Positions 43,906 through 55,507 of a stretch of 64,000 bases of DNA are shown here, piece after piece; position 1 is the stretch's first letter, and every line of letters begins with the position of its first letter. A program made the translations under genes and the position numbers. The notes under the pieces were generated by a model. It was not told where the DNA came from. It searched no databases and saw only the letters and a program-made list of their open reading frames with translations. Origin of the DNA: Epithemia pelagica (taxonomy: Eukaryota > Protista > Bacillariophyta); NCBI GenBank assembly GCA_946965045.2, contig OX337242.1:1612001-1676000 (forward strand), in the 5' to 3' direction.

Positions 43906-46900
43906 ATGACAAATAAAAAACGACAAATGAAGAAATCCAGGAATCTATCCCCCGCGAAAGCGAACCCTTTATCCGATCTGCTCAAACCCGGCATGAATTG
44001 CTGTGGCTTGGAGTTTCATGGAGATCAATATGATGATGATACTGAGAAGAGAACCACCGATAACTGTTTGAAGTCACAGGGGGCAACAACAAACGCAACA
44101 TGTCCAAGCATTCCAGCGTGTCAACGTTGGCACTTCGATGATTTTATAAGGAATGTGACAGAAAGTATGCAAAGAAGCAGTGCCTTTAAGTGTCCAGAAA
44201 ACGAACTTTTGGATTCTTGTTGCCATTGTTTCATGACGAGTATGACGTCTCATCCTCGCTTACCAATCTCCCCAGTAATGGATGGATGTGCTATTGTTGT
44301 TCTTAAGAATGAGCACCTAGAATGTTTTTGTTACGGTGATCCTTTCTTGAGAGAATCAAGAAATGGAATCTGCCCATCAGCTACATCAACGAACGTGACT
44401 CTCCCATGCAATGGAAGTACATGGATTTTTGAAAAGTCACTCGCTTCTCATCATCAACCTCGTTCCAGACAAGATCCACGATCAATAGTACTTCTTACCA
44501 TTGAAAACGCGTGGCTTAAGTTCAAGAATTTACAAGTTCACTGGGGCCATCAGCTGGCACCTTACTTTTGCCAAAACTCCTTCACTACTCAACTGTTTCC
44601 CTTTCTCTTCCCCGCACTTTCCTTTGCCCTATGGCTACTGTATCTACGGGTTCATTCAAAGCATCGCCGACGGCTTAGAAGATCACAATCTTCTTCTGTT
44701 AGTGAGACTGTCCCACAAGAAGACAACAAAATTACCGTGCTGGAACAAATTCCAGCTTCTTTCTCAGCTTCAACCACTAACCGCGGAGAACAAGTTGAAA
44801 ACAATCCGATATTGGAGGAGCCAAAGATATATGATGTCCCTCTATCCACCATTCCAATATCTTCCATGCCTCCAATATCCTTGTTTCCTGTCAACATTAC
44901 GCCCTCTGCTCCTCTACCACCGAATCGTACCGCAAAGCCAGAGGATACGAACTGGAATGAATCGATTATTGTAACCATTGCAAGTGAAGACGACGAAACT
45001 GCAGATGTAACAGAAGAGGACGCAAATTCAGCGCCACTAGAGAATCCAAGTTTTCATCCCGAAGCAGAACGAGGGTGGATTGGGGGAAGCATGTCAATTG
45101 TATATAACCATCTAACTGGAAGCATGTGGAACCTGCTCCGACATCGCCAAAGTTCTATGGATGCACAACAAGAGCCTGACATTTTGGAGCAGACACAACA
45201 TGCAAGTTGGGCTGGAGATGGTATCTTGGCCTCCAAAAAAGATTTGGATGTATCCCTAGAAGAGTTTGCTGCCGGGTGTGGTTTGATTCAAGCGGCTGCT
45301 CGAGGAGACATTGCCACCATGGAGCGTTTACTGCTCCGACAGAAGCATCCTGCCACGAATGTTAACTTTCGAGATTATGATCGACGAACAGCTTTACATG
45401 TGGCGGCCTCGGAAGGGAGACTAGAAGTGTGTCAATGGTTGGTGGAAAAGCACCATGCCCGTTTGAATCGAAGTGATCGTTGGGGCGGTAGTCCTCTGGA
45501 CGACGCCTATCGGCATCGACAGTCGAAAGTAATTCAGTACTTGAAATCCAAAGGTGCCATGATTGGGTCGAGGAATCGATCCACCAATCTGATTCATGCC
45601 GCCGCCGATGGTGACCTGGATGAAGTCCTTCTGATTCTCTCACTGAAACCAGAAGGAAACGACTCAGAGAATAGCCAACAACAAATACGACAGAAACACC
45701 CGAAACTTGATCTCAACAAGGGCAACCACGACAAACGAACTGCTCTTCATTTCGCGTAAGTTTTAAAAGACGGAGGGACTGGAAGTTTCAATAACATGGT
45801 GGGCACTTACTCTTACGTTCCTTTTTGCAGCGCAAGGGAGGGTCATACAGGGATCGTCAGAACCTTGTTGGAAAAAGGAGCCAACGCGAACGTCCTTGAC
45901 GCTCATAGTCGGACGCCTTTAGATGACGCCATGGACGGCGGTCATCAAGGGTGCGTCTTGTTGCTGAGCACTTATGGTGGAAGGAAACGCGCTCGCACTA
46001 AAACGCTTCCTACCACAACAAGTTTTGATAAAAAATCAACCAGCCTTTTCAATAGCAATTTGGAGATCGATTTCAGTGAACTCGAAATGATAAACCGAAT
46101 TGGATCTGGCTCCTTCGGTGAGATTTACAAGTGTCGGTAAGTCTGCGCTCTGGCTTGGTACACTTGATGTGGTTGAGTAGTTAAAGACTCATTTTTGCGT
46201 GCGGTCGTCAACAGATGGCGTGGTACTTTGGTGGCGGCCAAGATCATCAAAACGGCTCAAATCCGCCGCGATTGGATGCAGGCCAAAACAACAACAAAAG
46301 CATTGCTGATTGACAAAGATGATTCAACCGACGATCATGATACATCGGCAACCCCGCATGCTGAACGGGACGTGGCCTTGACAGATTTTCGGAAGGAAAT
46401 TGCGTTGGTCAAATCGTTTCGCCATCCAAACATTGTCTTGATGTTGGCGTATTCGACAACAAAACGACACGAGTGCATCATATCAGAACTCTGTAAATGT
46501 TCTTTGCTTGATGTTCTACGAGTCTATAAAGTTCGAAAATCACGTTTACCTCGACGAACCCAGTTTGTGTATGCGCAACAATTGGCACAGGGCATGAACT
46601 ATTTGCATACTTGCAATCCACCCGTTATCCACCGAGATTTGAAACCGGCCAACATTCTCATCGATCATTCAGGAACCATCAAGATCAGCGACTTTGGTCT
46701 ATCCAGGATTCGTCCCAATCCTGGTCATCTGGCTTCCGACAATTTTGAAATGACAGGGGAGACAGGATCGTACCGTTATGTAAGTTTCAATCGGTGTCAA
46801 ATGAACCGCGATGTCTGGTGAATGCCAAACTCATGTTGTCTTTCTATCTGTGATTGTTCTTAGATGGCACCCGAAGTTTTCCGTCATGAAAACTACGATG

Positions 46901-47226
46901 AACAGGTTGATGTATATTCGTTCGCCATGGTGCTGTATTATATGGTGGCGGGACACCCTCCCTGGCCCCACCTTCCTGGTTTTGAAGCAGTTCGTTTGGC
47001 AGCGGAAATTGGCAATCGACCATGTCTTCCACGTGACTTGGATTCCCAGTCGGTCAATTTGCTGGAGTTATGTTGGCACAACGACCCTTCGTCGCGACCA
47101 TCTTTCCGGAAAATCCTGTCCCTTCTTCATTCATACATGGAAGAGGTCTTCCACTCAGATATGAACAGCGTTGCCATTGCTCTTTCTCCTGACTTACACC
47201 CGAAATGCTTCTGTACCCTTCTATAA
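43906..47226 (+). CDS. Ankyrin-repeat TKL-family protein kinase (copy 3), 4 exons (43906-45755, 45831-46136, 46215-46779, 46864-47226), with Cys-rich N-terminus and TM
   Basis: TM LFPFLFPALSFALWLLYL followed by a basic stop-transfer RVHSKHRRR; ANK repeats; GSGSFG, VAAK, HRDLKPAN, DFG, MAPE. Confidence 0.9.
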
Positions 47227-47977
47227 AAAAGGTCATTCTGATTTGCTTTTCAATATTTTCCCCGATAATAGGAGACTAGGGTCGTTGTCGCCTTAAGAAG
47301 CCCATCCACTCCTACTCCTAGGAGTACCAAAAGACCGATAGCCATAGCTACCATAGCTATGCCTTCAGGGTGCTTCCGAGTTTCCGAAAATGATTCGTTA
47401 GTCGCGGATAGCATGCTGCCGCCGAATGATTTCTGCAGTGCGAATCACGCATGATTCAGCTATATTGAGATTGGCGAACAGGTGGATCACAGTCCGTGTC
47501 ATCGCTCATGTACAAATCGCCCATATAGCGATAGGAAGCCTCTAAACTGGCGATTCCTCCGATCCATCGGAGGGTAGCCATAAGCTTCTAAAAAGCCCAG
47601 CTTTTGCCCGTCCTCAACGTGAGCATTTCCACTCGTAAGGAGCACTTTCGATCCCATCCATTCCGACAAAACATGCTTTTCGAGCCAGCCCGCCACACAC
47701 GTGCACACACACGACCTGCCGGCGACAATAAATACCCCCATTTTTGCGACAAAACTTCATTACCACTTTAAATTTTCTAATTAATTCTTTTTCTCAGAGA
47801 ATGTCACACATAAGTCCTGAATTCTTATACGGCACTGCTCACTCGGAAGCAATCATCCGTTGCTTGGACGATACCATGCCAATGGTGAAGGATGATTCTT
47901 GTTACTTCATTTCCCTTTGTCCACATACCCAAACGACTGCTTTGTCTCCCATTGATTGACCATAGAAACAAGGCATC

Positions 47978-49624
47978 ATGTATGAAAACGAAGGGCCGGT
48001 TTATGTTCCGCTATTCAATGATGTCTTTCGGGTGGGAACTTTTGTGCATGTCAAATTGAGTGATCAAGATCAACACTCAACCACCGTATGCCAGCTGAAC
48101 AAACATACTGATGGCAATGTCATGTTGAAATTGTTCTACCCGTTATTCCCCCCAAAGAATCTAAAATGTCATCCCTCCATTCCGAAGCATGATTTCGATC
48201 CCCTCGAAGAAGAAACTGGCTCTCGTCAAATCGAACTCTACGAATCCTGGGATTCGATTCACCGGTACGAAGCTCAAGCACAAGATATTTGCATCAGATA
48301 TCCTGCATTTTGTTTCACACAGAAGCAACTGGAATCTCCGTTGAACAGATGGGCTGAAGGTATCAAAAACGTTTACGTAGTACGGTTCAAGCAAGTACGG
48401 GAGAACAAGTTAGTGCCAATCGACGAGTCGAAATTTACCTGCTTCCCCATGGATCAAGTGAAACCAAACGAACAACTGATTGCTCCTCCACGCTGTTTCC
48501 ACAAAAACACTTGGCACGGCCTGTTCCTACTACGCAAGGCTCTAATCAAGATTCTTAACAAACGAGGCGGGCATGCAGAGAAACGTGACTTCCAGACAGT
48601 CACCATCGGTAACATCCCCTCCGAAACATTTAATTACTTGCATGTCCTTCTCAATTCTCACCTGAAATGTGTCTTCTGTCATTATATCGACGGTTCTGAG
48701 ACCTATCAAGACTTAGATGCCAAACTCACGCGTCGTAAAATTCGGATGAGCTGTCAGAATGGCATCCTACGCTTTGAAACACAAGAAGAGTTGGACATTG
48801 TTCGAAATTTCCTTGGTTTTGCAGCAGTGTACGGTTCGAGCGAAGTTCGACCAACTTTAAAAGATGGTGCTGCTGGTGTGACCCTCAAGCGAGGCCATTT
48901 TCTGACAGTGATCCGAGGCACTACAGAAAAGCCGGAGTTTAAACGCCGATGCCTTGGCCAACGCATCGACATAGTTTTCTCGCCTTTTCAAGTCAAGGTT
49001 TCAGTAAACTTTGAGCGGTACCGTTATGACAAGAGTCGAGGTGGTAAATTCAAGGTCGATCCTCCAACGGACCATCTAGAAAGTGTTCTACTTGCCAAGC
49101 CATTCCCATTGGATGACAAGAAATTCCGTCCCTTCCCTGTTTCATCTGAGGCACTCGTTTCTCCAAAAGTCACGTCACCTGACTCGTCCACTGATCTTTC
49201 GACACCAGATAGCTCTCCTACCCCCGAGATTCGATACAGAGAAGCTTCACCTCGGTCTATGGCTCCCCCAGATTGTTTGGTATCTCTTGGTGACCAATAT
49301 GAGCACGAAGGGTCCACTTTCCAAGTCTCTGTCTATTTCCCACCGTCCGACAAGAAACAATATGTTCTTCGTGATAAATACGACGAATCAATTTTCACCA
49401 TGAATGATCCTGAGAGATATGACCAAGTCGGAGGAATCGAGGGTATGGAATACGTAGGGACACTACTTCCCTCAAAATCTTGGTCCATCGGCTGTGTTGT
49501 TGTTGGTGGTGATCGATTCAAGACGGACATACAGGACGGAATTCAGGAAATGGATTTCCATATGGACATTCCTTTCATTGCAAGTCTCGTGGAAGCAAAC
49601 AGTCTCGTTCAAGCAGACAAGTAG
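47978..49624 (+). CDS. Hypothetical protein, probable accessory gene of the adjacent transposase; N-terminus tentatively BAH-like
   Basis: Intronless 548-aa ORF whose stop lies 50 nt from the convergent transposase stop; beta-rich N-terminus VFRVGTFVHVK...IELYES...NVYVVRF. Confidence 0.65.
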   Translation: MYENEGPVYVPLFNDVFRVGTFVHVKLSDQDQHSTTVCQLNKHTDGNVMLKLFYPLFPPKNLKCHPSIPKHDFDPLEEETGSRQIELYESWDSIHRYEAQAQDICIRYPAFCFTQKQLESPLNRWAEGIKNVYVVRFKQVRENKLVPIDESKFTCFPMDQVKPNEQLIAPPRCFHKNTWHGLFLLRKALIKILNKRGGHAEKRDFQTVTIGNIPSETFNYLHVLLNSHLKCVFCHYIDGSETYQDLDAKLTRRKIRMSCQNGILRFETQEELDIVRNFLGFAAVYGSSEVRPTLKDGAAGVTLKRGHFLTVIRGTTEKPEFKRRCLGQRIDIVFSPFQVKVSVNFERYRYDKSRGGKFKVDPPTDHLESVLLAKPFPLDDKKFRPFPVSSEALVSPKVTSPDSSTDLSTPDSSPTPEIRYREASPRSMAPPDCLVSLGDQYEHEGSTFQVSVYFPPSDKKQYVLRDKYDESIFTMNDPERYDQVGGIEGMEYVGTLLPSKSWSIGCVVVGGDRFKTDIQDGIQEMDFHMDIPFIASLVEANSLVQADK

Positions 49625-49674
49625 TGCAATCTCTGAAGCAAATCTCATAATATATTGACTAGTATCTTTCTTAT

Positions 49675-52600
49675 CTACTCTGATTCGTATTCTTCCTCAG
49701 TAGTTGTCGAGTCTTCTGAGTCTGCATCGAGATCATTTGAATCATCCAAGCGAGGATCATAGAGAATCTCCACTCCCACATCCCAGTCGAACTCATATTC
49801 CTTTACCCCATCCTCATCTTCATCCTCATCTTCATCTTCTTCATCCTTGGATTCGTCATTGGCTGTCTTGTTGTGTCGAACCAGCTGCCCAAATTCGATC
49901 GTTCCACCGTTGTCTCTCACCCAAGTTTTGAACTTTTCTTCCTCCTCTGGCGTCCTGGCATCCATTTCAGCTCGCATGGTTTCCAGGTCATAGCCCAGCA
50001 TGAAAACCATGCGGCGTTGGATCCATCGCGCCATGGGACGTAACCTTGATCGAGCCCCTTGCCCTCTGTTCACTGCTCCTCCGCGTTGGGTTCTATTGAA
50101 ATAGAAGCTCTTAAACGCGGAGTTGAACGCTTCCCAGCCTTGCTGGGAATGGTTCGTGAGGTTGCGCCAGTGTAAGAGATATTCCCCGATATGCCCACTA
50201 CCAATGTAGTGGGCGTAATTTGTAATTCCATCGTCCCCATATAACTCAATCCAATCACGATAGAACAGATCCGCATGTTTTTGGTACTCAAATATTTGGT
50301 CGTTCGTCATTGGTTCCCTGATTCTCAGCAGTTGGAACGAGGCTGAGTAGTGTTGCATGGCCCTCTTCCATAAGAATACGTCATCCTCATCGACAATGCA
50401 CTTGTCCACAAGTTTCTCGATATCGGCAATCATACGACGTATCTGGACATTGCTCATCTGAACCACACCGATGGTCTTTGTTGTATCTTCAAAGGGAATC
50501 TGGAATTGGAACGCGAGATTTCCAGTTCCAAGTATCTCGGAATTGATACATTGCTCGATTCCTCGAAGGAAGGACTTGCATTTTTTCTCGACAGACGAAC
50601 GGTTGGACCGATTGATCCAAGGAAGTAGATTGTTTTTGGCATTCATAAGCCCAGTGCGGAAGCACATGGTCAAAATCTTCTGTCCCATTCGCATCTCCAT
50701 GTGGAGAATGCACGGAATAGAATCCATCACCATAACCAGTGCCGTGCTGACCTTCCCTTCTCCGAACAATCGGATACAATCCGTGCAATCAACATACTGC
50801 CACTCCGAAATCAGTTGGCGTCGTAAACGATCCTGACGCTCCAACACATTGCCGTCTAGTGACAGATTCCGTAAACCCAAATCCTTGTTGAGCCAAGAAG
50901 AATACCTCTTTTGTAGAGTTGCTGATGCTTTCGTAACATCGAAGTGAATTGAAGTTACGGTGGTTAGCTGAATCTCGTCCACTGGCATTCTCGGGTCCAT
51001 TGTCTTGTTCATTGCAATCTTCGACTGGCCCCATATCTCTTCAATCTTGTCCTTGATCTGGGGCATGTCCTTCTCGAATTTTTTCATTTCGTCTTGACGG
51101 ACTTGCACGTAGTCATCCGTGCAAATAGGAAAGTGGCGACACATCCACCCATCTTCAGTGGATGTATAGTCCCAATGATCACACCATTTGCATTCGTCCG
51201 GCGATTCTAGGCCCTTCGTTAAGTTGTCGCTTGAAATGTGACACTTAGCACATGGAAATTTCGCAACCTTGACCGCACCTCCCTTGTCTGAAACTTTGAA
51301 ATCACACGACATGTCGGCGTTGAGGGGATTGTACACTTTTTTTATTCCGAAAGCTTTCGGGAGTACTTTCTCGGCGGCTTCCTTATTCTCTTTCAACATT
51401 CTAGAGAATAATCCGCGTACAGTGTTTTTCTTTTCCCGACCAATTACACAACAGGTTGGGACACAAGCTGCCTGGGACCGTTGAAGTGGATTGGAGATGT
51501 CATTGTACTTGAATCCACCCAGTGTATGGTCCAATGACTTTGTAAGACTGGCACCATCCATAGTAGAAGCGACTGTATGTTCTCTTTCTTTCGCTTCGCC
51601 CTCCAATGCGTTATTGGTTCTCAGAACACCTTTCATACTATCTGCCCCACGAAAGATGAAACCTTCCGACCCGTCTTTCGTATTGCGAATGGTACGGAAG
51701 GGAACTATTGTGTCGGCAAACCGTTCTATTTCTTGTTGGGCTTTTTTCATGGCAGCCGAACTGGGGATCATTGTATGGGCTCCCTTCCTCCCATCGGACT
51801 CACACTTCCGCAAAATTTCCAGACCCGACAGACTCAGAACGCCACCGGTTGTATCCATTTCGCGAAGAATACGGAATGGTGAGAAACAAGTTTGACGAAG
51901 GTAGTTAGAAACTGCCTTAACAATGATGTCACGCACTTGCGTTCCATGTAAGTTATCGCTCATGAGCATATTGGTTAGCATTCGAAAAAACTTATCGGAC
52001 CGTTGGCTACCAACTTGATGATTCTTCACGGAAGATTGAATGACTTCCTTGATGTGTCGGACAATCATCTCGGCATTTTCTTCTTTGGAACAAGTCGAAG
52101 GAACCGAAGCCATCCCCTCTGGACCAGAATTTTCTATCTTTTTCTGGAGATAGTAGATACGATCCAGTCTCGACTTGTTTTTTGCCCGCTGCTCCGAAAG
52201 ACGACGCTTGAGAGTTGCGTTTTTTTGTCCTTCTTTCGAAAGCTTCTTTTTAAGCGACTCGACTTGCATCAATAGTCCATTAACCAACGAAACAGTGTAC
52301 TGTTTCTTCTCTTCTTCTGTTTCTTCCCTTGATGTTGTGGCCGCTTCAGAAGTTGCGTCAGAGCGATCAAGGATCTCCGGAATCGTCAGTCCGCGATTGA
52401 GATCCACAGAAGGGTGGTTTCTACTACGGGGGGTTATAGACTTATCTATTGTGTCTTCGAAGCCATCGTCTTCAGGTATACGGTCAGACTCTACGCCGTC
52501 GTCGTCCGGGGGTGGAATGAGTGTCTGGGTGGATGGAGCATCGGTGGTTGGGACAGGAGGGGGGTTCTTCGGGCTACTGGCAAATTCCTGGTCTTCATGA

Positions 52601-53523
52601 GGATTGCGAGGAGGCTTCGTGGACTGAGAGGGACAATTTACTACTTCAGGTTGAGTCCATGTGAGATTTGGTTCATTGGTATGAACTGTCATCGCAATGG
52701 ACTGTTGTGAAGGGGGTTTGCTTGATTCGTCAGGTTCGTTGTCTTGAAGTGGGTTACATGGTGGTGCTTCATTGGAGTGAGAAGGATCGGTGGAGAGATC
52801 ATGTGTTGATTCCTTGGATTCTGGTTCCAAGGAATCCGAATTTGGAAGAGAACAAATCTCTTGTTGCGCTTCCTTGTCGGCTTTGGCTTTTTTCTGTCGC
52901 TGTTGTTCTGCAAGTTTCTTGAGTCTCCTTTTTTTCTCATCCACCATTCGGTCGGTTGGGTAAATGCCATTCTTGTGCTCGGCAACACATCCAAAAAGAC
53001 CAGAGAACCTATTGACCTTGAGTTGTGGTTGGGCACGTTCCTTGTTATCCGCATATTCGCAATTTAGACAGAAAAAAAAACCACCGCGATAACGGGCCTC
53101 TCTTTCGAGACCAAAAACGGAGCACGGCTTCTTGTAATGGTGTTTGAATTGCTTACGAATCTTGGCAATCCTTTCCCTTTCGACATAACTATTGGATACC
53201 GTCGTGCCTTTGTTCAGGCGTGTGGCTCGAGTTTGAAGATTGGGAGATGGTGGTAAGTCTTCAGCAATTCGGGACGACCGGCGAAGAGGGTGTGAAGGGG
53301 CGGGAGGTTCCTTGGGAGGGACAGGACGCTCTTTGGGAGGTGCTGGAGGATCTTCGGAAGGGGTTGGAGGTTCCTTGCAAGGCACTGGAGGTTCCTTGGG
53401 AGGTGGGGGGTCTTTAGCAATTCGGGAGGAGCGGCGAAGAGGAGGTGGAGGGGTCTCAGGTTCTGTTGGAGTGGCTGATGGTTCTTCCCCTAGTTTCGTC
53501 GTGGCTTGAGATCGAGTTCTCAT
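49675..53523 (-). mobile_element. RAG1/Transib-like DDE transposase
   Basis: Intact intronless 1282-aa ORF with motifs in RAG1-core order: TMDG (D656), ADMS (D737), CAKC (C758/C761), ILHM, TNYAHYIGSGH (H1105/H1111), SQQGWEAFNSAFK (E1131). Residue numbers counted by hand. Confidence 0.7.
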
Positions 53524-54238
53524 GGCTCTGTCGACACAATCAAACCGTGAGGCTCGTTATGATAAAGTGGGACGATTGATTGGATGGATGTGTCAATCGG
53601 GTCATTACGAAATAAAGAGACGTCTTGTAAAAGATGAGAGAGGCCCAATCTCATTGAGTCAAAGGGAGAGTTTGGAATTGTCGATTAACATGCGACTACT
53701 GTGTAATACTACATTCGTAGACGTAGAAATATTAATATTGTGAGTATGCCATCTCGGACGGAAGCCGAGCGTGACATGGGTTTTTTCCTCATAATTTGGA
53801 GGCAGTTTCAGTTGGACTTACGGGCATGAAAGACAATATTGTAACTCTGATGCAAGGTCGGGGATCCAATTTGGATACATAGAAGAAAGTTTTTGCATAC
53901 TTACATCAGAGTTACATACATGATATGGACTCCGTTTTGGGCTTCCAATGGAGAAGAGATGCTCAAGAGTGAAATTTGATGCCAAACGACCCTATTATTT
54001 AACCAAAACCTCTTTCTACTGTTTGGCTTATAGTGAGTTTTTGGGTTTCTGAGATGGTCGCGACGGCATGAAAGTGGTGCATGCGTGCGACTTGGGATAC
54101 GAAGTGCTGCCTATGTGTAGAATTTATTCGCCGCAGTCATTTCCACTCTGATTCTGCTCTTGGTTTGGGCCGTTCATCCAATATCTCGTAACATCCCTTT
54201 TGATACACCACAGCCATTTGAAAGAGTGCTTGCAAACA

Positions 54239-54943
54239 ATGACAATACAAAGCGCCAGTGCTGCCGCTGCTCCAACGAGCCACGAGATGTACTCGGTCAA
54301 ACTCAATTTGAAACCAGATGAAAGTTCGGGTCTTGTTTTCGCTGGGAAACCACCGAGACTGGTGTCCTACGATGCCGTGCGAATTAAGTTACCCGATGGT
54401 CAACCATCCATTGTCGACTATTACTTTGAGGCTCTTGAAGTTCCAGGAATCGAATTTTTTCATGTATCGTCCGATGCGCAAGTGAATCAGTTGCTCCTCG
54501 ACTTTGAGGCTGGCGCACGATGTGTGGTCTTATCTTCCCATATTCCACCGGGCCACTCCTTGTCAGAGGTTGATTGCATGTACAAGCACGATTTACCAGC
54601 CCACCAACCACTGGGGCTAACCTTTGAAGGATTCCCACCGAAACTTTCCAAGGTAGAAGAATCTTCACCTTTGTTCCGGAATGGAGCCAAGGCAGGACAG
54701 TACGTAGAGGCCCTTCTCTTGCCATCAGGTCGACCAGACCTCAACAAGGATACTCCTGGATTTACGGGTGGCACTCTTCAAAGTCAACTGGAGACCACCA
54801 ATCATTTAGAAGGCCGCAAATTGGTCCTGAAAGACTTGACTGCGTTTGGTGTCCGACAAGAAATCAAGACCAAAGACGACAAACGCAGCTCGGAAAGTGC
54901 TCCAGTGGACGCTGCAGACTTCAAAGCGTGTTGCTGTATGTGA
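54239..54943 (+). CDS. Protein with two PDZ-like repeats and a C-terminal CaaX-type Cys motif
   Basis: Repeats ESSGLVFAGKPPRL and QPLGLTFEGFPPKL; ends DFKACCCM*. Confidence 0.65.
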   Translation: MTIQSASAAAAPTSHEMYSVKLNLKPDESSGLVFAGKPPRLVSYDAVRIKLPDGQPSIVDYYFEALEVPGIEFFHVSSDAQVNQLLLDFEAGARCVVLSSHIPPGHSLSEVDCMYKHDLPAHQPLGLTFEGFPPKLSKVEESSPLFRNGAKAGQYVEALLLPSGRPDLNKDTPGFTGGTLQSQLETTNHLEGRKLVLKDLTAFGVRQEIKTKDDKRSSESAPVDAADFKACCCM

Positions 54944-55507
54944 ACTATCTAAGCTCATTTTCATAGGAACATGCATAGGCTTGTGTGGTTGAAAAGAGAA
55001 TGGTCACATTGAACGAGTTGAACGAGAGCCTCTGTTTCCCTCGTCTCTTCACTCGAATGAGATTTATGCAGAAGAAAGTGCCCCAACCTGATCCTTTGCC
55101 AAGACAGGGATACTCTGTATGCAAACTTTCTCGCAATTAGGACGACGCAATGTATCCCCAAACTGTGAAGTTCTTACAGACCTTGTATAACAACTGTTGT
55201 GTAGCATGAGTTCACGCCACTGCACAAAATTGGAGGATCGCTTTGGAGAAGCCACGATACAGTGATGGTATAGGCAAGCGGACGACACCATGCAGCGGAA
55301 GAACGTGTAGACAATGTTGAAAAATTCAGTTTTTCTCTCAATCGTGTGCCAGCACACTTTTATCGCTAGCTCGAGCCCAGGAACTACTTTGTCCCTGGTA
55401 CCCCAATTCACGATTGAAAAAATAGTATATCTTCCACCCACACAGGTCCACAATTCACACAACGCTCCATGATGATGTATTTGGGAGCCTTTCGTCAAGC
55501 ATAGTTC

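Noticed and set aside
47488-53702. RSS-like heptamers CACAGTC (47488) and TACTGTG (53696) flanking the RAG1-like cassette
   Set aside because: Each is only 6/7 to CACAGTG, neither has a nonamer at 12 or 23 bp spacing, and no 5-bp TSD is visible; expected by chance.
55064-55498. 144-aa minus-strand ORF between the PDZ-like and U-box genes
   Set aside because: It lies in the convergent 3' region of two genes and has no recognisable features.
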